A DNA stretch of 64,000 nucleotides from Octopus vulgaris. Its lineage: Eukaryota. A program made the translations under genes and the position numbers. The notes under the pieces are model-generated. The model was not told the DNA's origin. It worked only from the letters and a program-made list of their open reading frames with translations, and did not search any database. This document shows positions 1-13,716 of this stretch, piece after piece (within the stretch, counting starts at the first letter, position 1; the number at the start of each line of letters is the position of its first letter). The stretch is from assembly GCA_951406725.2 (NCBI GenBank), contig OX597842.1, forward strand, positions 15,748,001 through 15,812,000, written 5' to 3'.

Positions 1-123
1 AAGAACAGTAGCACTGTCCTCTATAGCACGCCACATTCAGTTGACAAATATAGTTTACAATTCCGTACTGCTACTGTTTATATATCTCTCAGAAATTTCA
101 TATAAGATATGTATGCATGCATG

Positions 124-179
<56 letters not shown>

Positions 180-336
180 ATAAAGGCGGTGCTCCAGCAT
201 GGCCGCAGTCAAATGACTGAAACAAGTACAAAAAAAAAATATATATATATGTATGTATGTGTGTGTGTGTGTATTTATGTATGTACTTGGTAAGGTGGAC
301 AACTTTCGTTTAACTCCCTGTAGGACGAAAAGCAAA

Positions 337-1000
337 CTATTTCAAAGGCCGGGTGAAGACAGGAGAATCAACAGCCATCCAATGGCTGGGAGTGCAATAT
401 AACTCCTTTTGTTGCGACATCTCTCTTATGTAATACCTATGATGTAGAATAGTTGTTCGTTTGGCAGAAATGTATTGGCTGTTTTGGGAGGGAGTCGGAA
501 TTGCCATGTGCAAACTAACAGACACACGAGACATAATAATTCAACTGCTCATATCATTGCAAACTATTCCAATCTTGTACAACACACTCGATTAAATAAG
601 CCAAACCACGCATATAGGAATCATCCTATATTTCCTCATCCTAACACGATCCCTAAAGTAGTAGAGAACTGGTACCTTGTTAACCTCATCGAAAGAGACA
701 GATATATTGGCTAACATCAGAAGAATTGCCGCATTATACCCTGAAACAAAACATCTGAGTTCCCTGACGACTCATCAATAAAAGACAAAATATCTTTCGA
801 AATCAGAAACTGGAGAGCTCCAGTATCCCTCAATAGAGTTACGGGACGTGGGAGAGACGTATTTCTCATACGTGACACATAACATGTTGAAACAAAGGGC
901 AAAAACTCATTCCGAACTATGGAATCTGAGGGTTTACAAACAAAACTCTCCGAAAAGGTAGGGTTAGGTGCGACAAATACAAAAGCGTTCTGTGGACCTG
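337..1000 (-). mobile_element. Degenerate Gypsy LTR-retrotransposon pol remnant (aspartic protease and downstream region)
   Basis: ORF 717-902 has LLRDTGA (retropepsin DTG motif) preceded by FLPFVSTCYVS; nearby minus frame reads EVNKVPVLYYFRDRVRMRKYR, resembling the Gypsy YYLKDGVLMRKWR linker; stops and frameshifts present. Confidence 0.65.
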
Positions 1001-1020
1001 TGAACTAAACCCCCATACTT

Positions 1021-1105
<85 letters not shown>

Positions 1106-1156
1106 ATATATATGTTTATATATATACGTATATATATATATTTATATGTATGTATA

Positions 1157-1187
<31 letters not shown>

Positions 1188-1287
1188 ATAATTATAAAAT
1201 TAAAATTTAGTGTAAAAATTGATATTTATCAATTAGAACCAGTGGTCTAGCATATTAAAGAAAGAATCCGAAGATTAAAATATTTAT

Positions 1288-1654
1288 ATATACCAATTAA
1301 GAACTGAACACGAAAAGTGGACAGTCAACATGCTAGATATAGACGTCAAATCGCCATTCTCCACAAAAAGTCTATGTTCTCAAAACCAAAACAATAAACA
1401 AGTGAAAAATATACGAAATAAATATTTACCCATGTACTAAATTTAGTTTCGGCTGTTATTTTCCTCAAATAACAGCCGAAACTAAATTTAGTACATGGGT
1501 AAATATTTATTTCGTATATTTTTCACTTGTTTATTGTTTTGGTTTTGTGTTTGAGTTTGATCTGAGAACATAGACTTTTTGTGGAGAATGGCGATTTGAC
1601 GTCTATATCTAGCATGTTGACTGTCCACTTTTCGTGTTCAGTCCTTAATTGGTA

Positions 1655-1657
<3 letters not shown>
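1288..1657. repeat. Long fold-back inverted repeat (~175-bp arms, ~5-nt loop) between (TA)n tracts
   Basis: 1288-1461 is the reverse complement of 1467-1657 apart from a short insertion and few mismatches; loop TCCTC at 1462-1466. Confidence 0.9.
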
Positions 1658-1708
<51 letters not shown>

Positions 1709-1926
1709 GTGTGTGTATATGTATGTATATATATATATGTATATATAAGTTCTGCAACAATTTAGGTTCAAATGAATATGGTACTTAATTTAGATGCACC
1801 AGAATTTTGTATGGTGTTATTCCTAAAAATTTGCGGGGTGATTATAATCAAAAATTAGCAATAAGAATGACTCCGGTAATTAGGTACAATTGTTTCTATA
1901 TATATATATATTTATATGTGTGTGTG

Positions 1927-1957
<31 letters not shown>

Positions 1958-2177
1958 TATTTCACAGGTTATTTAAACGATTAGGTACCATAATAAGTGC
2001 TGTAACAGATTACTAAGGCTCCAAGGTTATATCCGAGACGCAGTTATAGAGCCTTTGGAGATTTCTGAGGCAGCGGATATATAATTGGTAAACAGGACGT
2101 CAAACATCTCAAGTCATATACAATATTATATCATATTATATTATATACACACACACACACACACACACACATATCTA

Positions 2178-2230
<53 letters not shown>

Positions 2231-2271
2231 TGTATGTATAAATGTATTTGTGCACGTGTATATTCATTTAA

Positions 2272-2650
2272 TTTCTCAGTCATTTCATTACTGGAATAAC
2301 GCCTTAACGTGTTTTAGAGGATCAAATCGACCCCATAATTTATTGTTTGCCAGACTAGTATTCATTCTAGCACTTTCCCTTGTCAACCCGCTCCATTACA
2401 GGGACGTAAACACACCAACATCAGTTGTCAAGTGAGAGTGAGGGGGACGTTCACAGACACAAAGACACACATAAGTATATACATAGATATAAGACGGGTT
2501 TATTACAGTTACTCTCTACTAAATACACTCACAAAGCTGTGGTCGACCCGAGGATATAGTAGAAGACACTTGCCCAAGATGCCATGCAGCGGAACTGAAC
2601 CGGAATCTATGTGTTTGGGAAGCAAGTTTCTTACCACACAACCACGTCTC
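2272..2650 (-). mobile_element. Diverged tRNA-derived SINE (same family as 17631-18031)
   Basis: Shared blocks gggacgtaaacacacc..catc.gttgtcaag, gaagacacttgcccaag and gaactgaacc.gga. Confidence 0.75.
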
Positions 2651-3534
2651 CGTCTTCAAACAAGCTTCGCCTCCGCGAGATATAAATATGCATATATGTG
2701 TTTGCGTAAGAGTGTGTGAATGCGTCTGTGTGTATGCAGTGGGGACCCATGATCATTTTCGTTTCCCAAAAATTACTATATTAGTTGAGAATCGCAATTT
2801 GTAACAAATGGACACATTTTTATGTATTCTATGTTGTAACAGACCAGAAACATATAAGACAGTTATGCTCTGAAATACATTGGTCCCGGCCCTATTTTTG
2901 GTGTCGGATGGGCCAGAAAGGGTGGTACCCGGGCAACTAGGACAACATCCCTGCCTCAACCACTGGTATCTATGTAGACATGTAAGCTTGCTGCATTTAT
3001 ATGTGGATGGATGGATGGATGGATGGATGGACGCATGTATGCAGGTAAGCTTGATGTATGTATGTATGTATGTATGCATGTATGTATGTATGTATGTAAG
3101 TATTATGAATGTGTATGCGTGTGTGATTTATTGAGTCACCACTATACAAAAGGCAAACAATGCTAATTTCTTAGAGAGAGAAAGTTGTGTGAAATATATT
3201 GAGAAGAGGATTGTTGACTATTTTAAGACCAAAGCTTTGTTGTTTACTACACTTGACTTAACATTTAGAACATACTTAAACAACCTTCCACTGTCTTGTG
3301 TGTCTCGACTACTACAATGTATCAGAATTTTAGTGAAATGACAGCGATCATCATGTGGGCGTATATATATATATATATATATATATGATTATACATACAT
3401 ATAGACATACAGATAAATAAATAAATAGATAGATAAGTAAGATAGATAAGATAGAGAGATAGGTAGATAAGATAGGTATATATATGTATATATATATATA
3501 TATATATGTAGATAGATAGGTAGATAGATCGATA

Positions 3535-4762
3535 AGTCGTTCAGGAGACAAGTTTGCTTCCATTTCGATCCCAGGCTACGAATATTTATACTACCTAAGT
3601 TAATTTCCATGGTAAAAATAAAAAAAACCCACACATGTTAAGTATGGGGCGGGGCTGCACGAATTCTCCAGCCACTTCTTCGTGTTCTTTCCGAGATGTA
3701 GCCGCTGGGCTAAGAACAAATCCTTTGTTGCCAAACTCTTGGTTAACATCTTGTATGTCCTACGGGTATCTCTCTTTAGATTGCTTAAATATTTCTGCTA
3801 CTATTCTTGCCAACCGTATATTCGGTGGCATACCATGTATCGGTCTGGCCTTGATTCGACTATTTTGTTTGAGGCTTGAACCACCATCTCGAGCGTTTGG
3901 CCTTTCTAGTTTAGAGCCTCTCCCTTTTTCATTTGCGGTATTGATATTTCTTCTGCGTCGTAAATTACGGCCGATGCAGTGCAAGGTAGGTCGGGAGCAA
4001 CATTATCTTCTAATTTTTTAGTGTTTGAGTCGATATTTCTTCTGCTAATTCAGCGTTTTCAAATTGCGCCTCAATAGTGGAGCTTCGTCGTCCTGGACCG
4101 ACATAGGTATAATTTTTCCCGGGGGCGGGGGCACTTCTCTACAGCTTCGTTCTTCACTGACAATATTCTTTTTTTTCCTTTACGGTTGTATATTTTGTAT
4201 ACTACCGTTCTGGCAGTAAAACCTTTCATCATGTCCTGTGGTGGCAGAAGTTTGGTTTCGTTGCTACTTTTCTTTATAAGGTAGCAAAACTTAAATAAAT
4301 GTTCCTTAGATAGCTCCAATTTACTGAAATTGCCACCAATAGCAGCAGAAAAACTTGGCTTTTCCTTTCCTTCCTGGTTACAAACTTGTTTACTTTCTTT
4401 CATGGCCGGAAAATCCTTCTCTCAAAACTGAAAATCCATATTCGACAACAAATTCAAATCCATTTTTACAAATGGCCTCCGAATAACAGAAAAATACTAG
4501 GTATTTTTGTCAAAATGCAAAAAATTAATTTTTTACCCTACAATGGGTAAAAAAAACACAAAAAGCAGTCCAACAAGTTATGCATCAATTAATTTTCTGC
4601 CCCGTGGGGCGAAAAGTTTCGTTAAAACGACGACAACAGTTCGATTCCAAGAAGCGCACAAGCGTAACAATTTCAACATATAATCAACAACAAAAATACA
4701 TTAACCAAATAAACTCACTAAGCCAGAGCAGCCGAAAGCAGAAGGACTCCAGTCTGGAGTAA
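3535..4762 (-). mobile_element. 5' part of a Tx1/L1-like LINE (5'UTR, broken ORF1, start of ORF2 endonuclease), truncated at a microsatellite
   Basis: MEINLGSINIRSLGSKWKQTCLLNDL resembles an APE endonuclease N-terminus; upstream basic ORF1-like fragments at 4071-4403 and 3760-3984. Confidence 0.6.
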
Positions 4763-6455
4763 TTTCTTTATTATGATAATATCTTTCACATGACGTTACA
4801 AATATATAGATGAGCTAAGTGAGTTTATCATTAGAACCTGAATGAATCCCACATACAATTTAAATACAATTTTCTCATATATGCTTCGCGACATTTGTCT
4901 CTTCTCCTGCCCTGTTTTGCTCTTCAGGTGGTACCTGAAGTAGTATAGCAAGCCAGGGCCGAATATGAAGGACCCTGTCTCTATTCCTTGCATTCTTGTT
5001 TTCCATGCATACTCTTTCATTACTGCAATCGTACGCAGAAAACATGCCTCACTTTCCTTTTATAGTCCGGTTGGCGGTACAATCTTTCTCACAGACTCAG
5101 CTGATAGCTGTATTCTTCCCAGGTGCGACAACACGTGTTCTATGTAAATTATCAAGCCCAAAAGCTGCATGCATTGTACAAGAGCGTGGAGGACAGTTTC
5201 TCTGTCCTGCCTACACCTTGGGCATGCCAGTGGCACTGATATTCTTTGCCTGGACAATTTATCGCGGACAGGTAACTCATCCCTGTGACACTACCAGGTC
5301 AGGGATCTTTGGTAATTATCCAAATACCCCGACCTGAAGGTGTTTTGAAACAGTTTGTCTAGCTGGTTCTCATCGAAACCCAGAGCCTTTTCTAGGACAC
5401 CATAGCTATTATATTCTATTATTTCCGCTGCCGGCCTTGCCCGCTCTGTGGATTGCCATTTAGTTGTATTCTGTCTTTTTATCTAACCGGGTGTAGATTC
5501 CTCCAAGGACGCCGGTCGTGGAAAGAATTCCCCTGCAAGCGAATTCCACACCTGGCTACCATCCAGGTAGAGCCAGAGCGGCCTTAGCCTCAGTGTATGT
5601 CTGCATATCAATAGCCAGGGCAGCCCTAACCTACACTTTAGCGGTTCTACGGATAGCCTCACAAGTGGTTTTCCCTTCCACAAGAAGCGGAAGAGAAGTC
5701 GCACCAACTTGCATAGCCACGAATCGGGACAAGGGACAACGGTCAGACGGTAGGGGATAACAGACGCAATAAACAACTGTAACACATCCGCCCTCTCTTT
5801 CAGAGACAGCGCACTTCCAGACCAGGTCCGGACTAGGGCCTCCACCCTGTCTGCCACCTCACTACAATCCTTCTCCGTCTGGCAGTCTGGACCAAACCAA
5901 ACTCCAAGCAACTTAACAGGACCATCTATTCAGTGCCCCACGACACTGGACGGTATCGGCTTGCCACTCCACGTGCCGTCTCGCAAACCGATGTACTTGT
6001 CCTTGTTAACTCTTGCCCCTGCCACCGCCTTGTATCCTTTGATTGCATCCTGCTCACAAGGTAGCTGAGCTACATTGGACACGGTGATGGTGACGTCATC
6101 CGCATATGCAGAATCAGACTTACCACATCCTATTTAATTGGGGATGTCCCCCAAATTCTCCAACCCTCGCATCAATGGCTCAAGAGGCAATAGATACAGA
6201 AGCGGAGACAGGGAGGAACCCTTGCTGAACCGAACGCTGAATCTCAAATCGTTCCGACAGGTAACTGTGGATTTGATGCCACCATAAATGGCCTTGATCC
6301 AACCGCGGAAGTCCGAGCCTAGACCAGCCGCCTCAAGGACTGCCGCCAGGTACTGGTGGTCTACCCTATCGAAAGTTTTACTTTGGTCTAAATGGACCAA
6401 TGCCCCACCTTTACCGGATAATTTATCCACCCTTTCTAAGATGTAGTGTAAGAGA
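4763..6455 (-). mobile_element. 3' part of a Tx1/L1-clade LINE ORF2 (RT plus C-terminal CCHC), degenerate
   Basis: LDQSKTFDRVDHQYL, GSSLSPLLY, AYADDVT (about 6090-6110), LLGVWF, CPRCRQDRETVLHALVQC; AATAAA near the 3' end at about 4770. Confidence 0.9.
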
Positions 6456-7600
6456 TGAAGTTTAGGGATACCGTAAAATAAACTTGATTTGCACTTGAAG
6501 TTGGTGATGTAATCGTACTCCATGTCTGTGAGTCCTTCTCGGTATGAGTTGATTCATGTCCTGAGGTTATTCATTATTTTTGGTTGATCATAATGTTGGA
6601 CCTCTTGCTAGTATGTCTCATATCCTAATAGGGATAGTACTAAATTTTATAATCATTTCTGTTCATTAATACTACCACGTTGCCCCCATCGGCCACCTTG
6701 ATTGTTATGGTTTTACCTTCTCTTAGTTTGATGAGGTCGTTCCATTCTCTTTTGTTGAAGTTTGGTCTGTATTTTTGCTTATTGGTGAGTTGAAAAGTGA
6801 AATTGGTTATGTAGTCACAAAAGCGGTCTAGAGCTTTATTCTTTCCCTTGGTAGGGGTGTAGTCGCTGTTGTTTCTAGCTAATGATTCGTCATCCATTTG
6901 TTTGCCATGATATTCCTCGGCAAGTCTTAATTTCCTACAAAATTCCGAAATATCGTCTTTCGTTTCATAGTAATTTAGACGTTGTGGGGTTGGGGTAACT
7001 TTAAGTCCTTTGGATAGTATGCTTATTTCGTTAGGTGTAAGGTCTTTGCTTGAGAGATTGATTATTTTAATTACCTGTGGTTTCTTTTGTTTGTCCGTTG
7101 CCATCGTGTGTCCCTGTTCCTGTATGTAAGTCTAAAAAATGGTTGGTGTGGTTATGTTGAAAAACACTGTTTATCTGTCTCCTGTTGTTGTAATTTTTAG
7201 AGTGGGTTTGTGGTGCTCTGTTTTGTAGTGTATTTTTGAACCGCGTGTTCCGTCTTAGTGTATCAGGTATATAGTGTTGGTAGTTGTTTCTTCTGTAGTG
7301 TGTTTGTTGTTTGTTAAGGTTGTATAGTTGGTTCCTAGAGTAGAGGTTCGGTAGTTGAGTCTTAGTTGGGTTATGTAGATTGTAGTTAATAGAATTGTGT
7401 GTTGCATTACTATGGTTCTTGAAATGGTGTGGTAGGTCCCTGTAGGTGTTTTGGGGTTGATTTAGCTAGTGTGGGGCGCGTTTAAAATGTCTTTCTCTGA
7501 TAGAGAATATATTTATATTTCTTGGTGGTTGTTCCGTTCTGTTGGCAAGTGGTTTTGTTTTGCTTAATTTTATGAAAGGGGTTGTTGGACATGTGTTCAG
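6456..7600 (-). mobile_element. Penelope-like element fragment (N-terminal region up to start of RT)
   Basis: IINLSSKDLTPNEISILSKGLKVTPTP, ITIKVADGGNVVVLMN (KPADKG-like) and FYGIPKLH are typical PLE motifs. Confidence 0.85.
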
Positions 7601-7637
7601 TTTTGAAGTTCTGTCTGTCTGTATGTATGTATGTTAT

Positions 7638-8180
7638 GTCAGGTCACTTTCGAGTGCTGCTGGTAACATGTAACCCAGTACAACCTGTTGCATGGTCGGG
7701 ACGTCGGCGACTAAACCGGCAACCCCACCAAGCTTGCTTGGTGATGAGGGCGTTTATTGGACACCCTGCGGGATGAAAAACAAAACCCGTCAAAGGGCGG
7801 AGTAACTATTGAGAGTCAACGGCCATCCAATGAATGTCTTAAGGTTGTATCATGCGCGGGGACATAGAAATAATCGAACTGAATACCCAATTTCGCGGTT
7901 AAACCGTTGGGAGTGAAGGACTCCTAGCCTTTGTTAGGGCATCCTTCTAGGAGAAGGTAACTCAGCTAACTGGGATAACTCCGACATAAAACCTGCGGCT
8001 CAGTGGTTACCAATGATGTTGACTTGTTCTTCTTTTCGGATTATGGCTGCTGTTGCTTAGTGAGTGGGATTCACTCAGTGCACAGCCTTTCCTCACTTAA
8101 AACAAAATCTTCTTGCACGATAACAACATTGATTATGCTTCGTGCAATGGCCATACTCGATAACGAGGAGACAACCACCA
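7638..8180 (+). mobile_element. GC-richer retroposon-like insert flanked by (TGTA)n; probably LINE/SINE derived
   Basis: Contains ctaggagaaggtaactc (RTE 5'UTR-like); its 3' end caatggccatactcgataacgag..ccacc+(ATGT)n recurs at 25756-25790. Confidence 0.45.
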
Positions 8181-9200
8181 TGTATGGATGTATGACTGTT
8201 TGTATGTGATTATCCAGTTTTATATGTAGAGGGTGAGCCGGATTCTAACCTAGATCCAATGTACCTTCATTGGAATTTCAACATCACAGGGTACATTTGC
8301 ATGTATGTATGATAATATTAGCCGTATTTGAAATTAGTACACGTGCAGATTTGTATATTTGGTTTTGTGTATGTATTCTCATGCATATATTTAAATGATA
8401 AATTTCTGGAAACATTTAGATTTTAAGAGATCCAGTGGTGGCCTGGATCTGTAGATTTCGAATCAGCTTTTTCCCGTCTAGTTTTGGGAAGCCTAATTTC
8501 TCGGGATTAGACAGTGTGTTGCATATCCCAGTGTCCCACTAATTACAGATTACAAGTTCAAGTCTATACGTTAACTGATAATATAGGACGTGTAACTGTA
8601 GATTTCTCAAGAGTTCAAGAATTCTTTTTATGATCTTTAGATTTATGTTAACATCCGCTGGTCAGCTCATTTCCACAGCTGTACACAGATTGTCTTCCCT
8701 GAGTCAAATCTTCTCTGTCACGTCGATTATGGTCACATTTTATTGAGGGTTTCACTGGGAAATTTCAAAAATACTCCTTCTTATTAGCGGCTATAGCTTC
8801 TACTATCTTGTGGGTACTCACTATATATGTATGTATGTATTATGAATCTTTGTGTGTGTGTGTGATTTGTTGAGGCACCACATCACAAAAGCAAAGTAAT
8901 GCTTATCTTTTAGATAGAGAAAATAGGCTAGAGAAATAGAAAGAGAGAGAGTAGTATATAATACTTTGAGAAAGGAAGGGATGTTGTCTGTTCCATTTGA
9001 CTTAACATTTAGAACATATGTTAACAATGTTTGGTGTGTTTGCTTACTACTATGTATTGAAATTTTAATACACAATGGGTGACGCAATGTAGTAGTAAGC
9101 AATATTCACCATAGTATTTAGCAATATTATACATACATATATGTGTATGTGTGCGTGAGTATGTTTGTCTGTGTACATAGATATATACATGTATTGGCTA

Positions 9201-9273
<73 letters not shown>

Positions 9274-9327
9274 GTCTACATACAGCTCTTTATATACACA
9301 TACATACAGAGACACACAGACACACAC

Positions 9328-9392
<65 letters not shown>

Positions 9393-9446
9393 GTCTACAT
9401 ACATCTCTTTATATACACATACATAAAGAGACACACAGACACACAC

Positions 9447-9492
<46 letters not shown>

Positions 9493-9892
9493 CAATCTTT
9501 TGTTTCTGTCAGTAGACATCGGCCAAGTTGGCGCACCCCCTTGAATAATATTTAATTGAATGAATGGTAATATTAATGGGCCATAAACGCACCTACGCCG
9601 GTTGTTAAACACTCTAAAACACGCAAACACACAAACACAAACACACATACACGCTTATCCGCACATATATTGAGATGAGATGTTTCTTTCAGTTTCCGGC
9701 TATCGAATTCACTCAAAAGACCCAGGTCGGCCGGAGGCTATAGCGGGAGACTCTCGGCCATGTTGCGACGCAGTGGGACTGAATCCAAAACTATGTGTTT
9801 GGGTAGCAAGCTTCATACATGTGCGTGGGTATAAGTGTATACACATGCATATACATAGATATAATATTGATATATATCTCTTTCTTTCTCTC

Positions 9893-10127
9893 TTTTACTT
9901 GTTTCAGTCATTTTGACTGCGGCCATGCTGGAGCACCGCCTGTAGTCGAGCAAATCGACCCTGGGACTTATTCTTTTTGTAAGCCCAGTACTTATTCTAT
10001 CGGTCTCTTTTGCCGAACCGCTAATTGACAGGGACGTAAACACACCAGCATCGGTTGTCAAGCAATGCTAGGGGGTCAAACACAGACACACAAACACACA
10101 CATACACATATATATATATACATATAC

Positions 10128-10174
<47 letters not shown>

Positions 10175-10337
10175 TACAACAGGTTTCTTTCAGTTTCCGT
10201 CTACCAAATCTACTCACAAGGTATTGGTCGGCCCGAGGCTATAGCAGAAGACACTTGCCCAAGATGCCACGCAGTGGGACTGAACCCGGGACCATGTGGT
10301 TGGATAGCAAGCTACTTACCCCACAGCCACTGCTGCG
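9893..10337 (-). mobile_element. tRNA-derived SINE with internal (TA)n
   Basis: Minus-strand head GCAGTGGCTGTG.GGTAAG..GGTTCAGTCCC (A/B-box-like) and tail GGTGCTCCAGCATGGCCGCAGTCAAAATGACTGAAACAAGTAAAA. Confidence 0.9.
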
Positions 10338-10913
10338 CATATATATGTATATATGTCTGTAATTCCTTGGTGATCTAAACGCATAGATACGCTGACAAAG
10401 TGCTATATTCGATTATCCGTTACGTTCCAATTTCACATCTGAGGCTGGAGCTAGGGATCCGTGTTAGGCGTCTGAGTTAGCTGGTCTATATTAATTAAAG
10501 AAAAAGGACAACACAAATCAAGGCAGCGAGGGTATCTCAAGTACTTCATCGAAGTGCGAACTTACGTCCTTACCCTCTGGAAAAGGATGTCCTGTGAACA
10601 TTAAACTCCTCTCTGTATTCTTCTATCTACCGATATTCTATCTATTTCCCATTTCATGCCTTTTAACTTGTGAAATTCCCTCTCTAGAAGTTTCACAATT
10701 AGTCGTATAGTCTCTGATGTTGGAATACTCAGTGTATGCACATGCTAGCCTATCACTTGGGATATCCTAGAAACGACTGGAGGACTTCAAATTAAATATT
10801 GTAAATGACTTGAGATATTCTTCCTGCCTTCGATTTATATTCTCCGTTTCCCTTTAATTAATATACAAATACACACACACACACATATATGTATATGTAT
10901 ATATATGTGTGTG

Positions 10914-10969
<56 letters not shown>

Positions 10970-10983
10970 GAGATATGTATATA

Positions 10984-11061
<78 letters not shown>

Positions 11062-11065
<4 letters not shown>

Positions 11066-11977
11066 ATGTTACATTACTCGGTAGTCAAGATAAAACTCTG
11101 AGTTTCAGATGCCGAAGTGGAAATCCACAACACCATCTCTTCGGTTATCTGGCTATTTGAAAACGTTATGAAAAAATACCGTTAAATAAAGGGAAATTAC
11201 TCTGTTATAACTCTGATTGCCTGCGTACTTATACATCGCTCGCATTTTTCGTCATAAAAATCATATAAAAATACATAAAAAATATATAAACAATATATAA
11301 AAATATATAAATTCTTCTTGGGACATAACATAGAAAGCATGTTCTATCTGTTTTCTTTAGGGGACCAAAAACATAACAGAAACTTAGTCACATGTGGGCA
11401 TGATCCGAAAAGCTCTGTCCTTGTATTTAGACATGTAGTAGGGTCTAAGCTGCTTTTCCAGATAAGCCATCTCTCCATGTCGCATAGACCGCACCTTCCG
11501 CTGCCGTTAGTATAGGGCTTACATCTGGCCAAAATCTTCCATTGTATGTTATAATCGACACCTTTATCTCGTAAAGACCAAATATGATTAGACAATTGTG
11601 TCACTCTTCTTTTGTTCCAGTGCCTAAAGCTCAAAGTGTGGTTATTGAACCTGGCCTTGAAATTACCCTCTGTAAGGCCCACTTATTTCTTCGTCGAAAC
11701 GGTGTCTTTAGTGGTTATAGAGTTTACGGTAGCTTCATATATGATGGTCTTGGACATGCAAGCTCCATTTAGCGGGCACAATTCTTTATTCCTGCATGAA
11801 CAGCTGTTTTCTTCTTGTGTTTTTTGTATGTTATGTTTGATTATGTTTTTAAAATTGGTAGTTGAACTAAAACTAATTTTTAAATTGTGTCTATTGAAGA
11901 GTTTCCTATAAGTATGGTTAACTGGAAAATGTCTATCTATCATAACATACAAAAAACACAAGAAGAAAACAGCTGTT
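11062..11977 (-). mobile_element. Penelope-like element 3' end: GIY-YIG endonuclease plus pLTR, copy-1 specific
   Basis: CSCRNKELCPLNGAC..IIYEATV..KK*VGLTEGNFKARFNNH..CGLCDME..LNTRTE; short 5' inversion (11944-11977 = reverse complement of 11799-11832); absent from copy 2. Confidence 0.92.
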
Positions 11978-12415
11978 ACCCTTTTTTCATCTTTTTCTTC
12001 ATTTTCTACTTTCGTTAAATTATCTTATAGCCAAATTTTAGTAAAAACGGCTATTATTGAATTTTCTTTTCACTTTCTTGAAGCTTCAAATGAAAGTTTT
12101 TCATAAGGATCTTTATCAAGTTATGAACTTTTCCAGCTCCTCCGCCTCCACCGGTGGTACATATATATTTCAGAATATTATCTTTAGAAATACGTGGTGT
12201 AGATGGCATTGAAGATGTTTTAAAAATTTAATTAGTGAAAACGAAATTAGGTATAAAACTTTTACTGGCTATAGGAACCAACTAGGCTAGAGTAATGATA
12301 GGAATCAACAATGGTGTTTTCCAGAAATTAAAAGAAGTTCCATCATTACTTCTATTTAGAAGGTTATGTCATTCTTTACAGTTGGCAGTATCCCAAACTT
12401 GTACTGAAATTTAGC
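11978..12415 (+). mobile_element. hAT-type transposase fragment (degenerate)
   Basis: LLAIGTN*ARVMIGINNGVFQKLKEVPSLLLFRRLCHSLQLAVS matches the hAT DxA..CxxHxLxL region. Confidence 0.7.
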
Positions 12416-13526
12416 ATAAAATTATGGTTTTAAGTTGGTTAGACTGCTTCAAACACATACGGTATTCAGTTTCATAGAGTAAAACAATTCACATTGCTGC
12501 AGCAATAAGCTTCAGGGTCACTGACTCAAACAAATGAGAGAACAAAATGCTATGATGATGATGTTGATCACCAGCATCATCATCATCATCATCATCGTCG
12601 TCGTCGTCGTCATGATTGTAACGTCCCTCAGTTCATAATGCTTGGGTCGAACGGTGTTCATTGTTCAGATATTCTACACACGAATCCCTTTCCTCTCGCT
12701 AGCCATCGCCTCTTTCCGAGAAAGATACAACATTGTCAAAGATGGACATATTTTTAAACAGGCAGTTAAAGATTAATCTCATCTCTTGTGTGATGGTGAG
12801 GCTCGTTTACGACAGTTCTGAGATGAAAAGATGGGGAAAACACAAATAAAAATGCATTCATATACACATAAATATAATAATATAAATGTATATGTGTGTA
12901 CTTTTATATACACACACATTCATACACACCGGAATAGATGTCCGGCAGAATAGGGATGGATGACCATAGAAGGGTTTGTTCCAAACTTTGGCATTGAAAT
13001 CTCTACAAATACCCGAATAGGGCGCAACTGCATAGTGACAAGGTGGTCACATTCGTATATACACACAAAGATATTCATACACCCACACGACTATGTGTAT
13101 GAGTTTGTGTTTGTGTGCGAGTAAGTGTGAAGCGGATATTTGTTGGGTGTAACCAGGATGTTAAGCAGAAAAGTCACTAATTTCATTTGCTCTCAAATGC
13201 AATAAAGTTTACAAAGGTTTATATTGTGTATGATTTTATACAATTATATAATGCCTACGCATATGTATGTACGAACACACACGCACATATTTGCGAATGT
13301 GTGTGTGTTTATATATATTGGATGGTCACCATATTGATAAAATACAAAAGATATTCACAATTGTGCAATGAATTACGTCTCAAACTTATCGAAATACCCA
13401 AGCATATATTCTATTCAACAACGAGTGTTGCAGTAGGAGTTGAGGCGTGAATTCAAAAGGATTATATATCATAATCATCATAATCATTGCGACAGTATGT
13501 CTATATACATATCTATATATATATAC

Positions 13527-13557
<31 letters not shown>

Positions 13558-13684
13558 TGTATGTATGTATGTATGTATGTATACAAGTATGTATGTATGC
13601 ATGTAGGTATGTAGGTATGTATGTATGTATTTATACTTCATGTTTCATCTGCAGAAAAATAAGCACATATACATACATACACAA

Positions 13685-13716
<32 letters not shown>

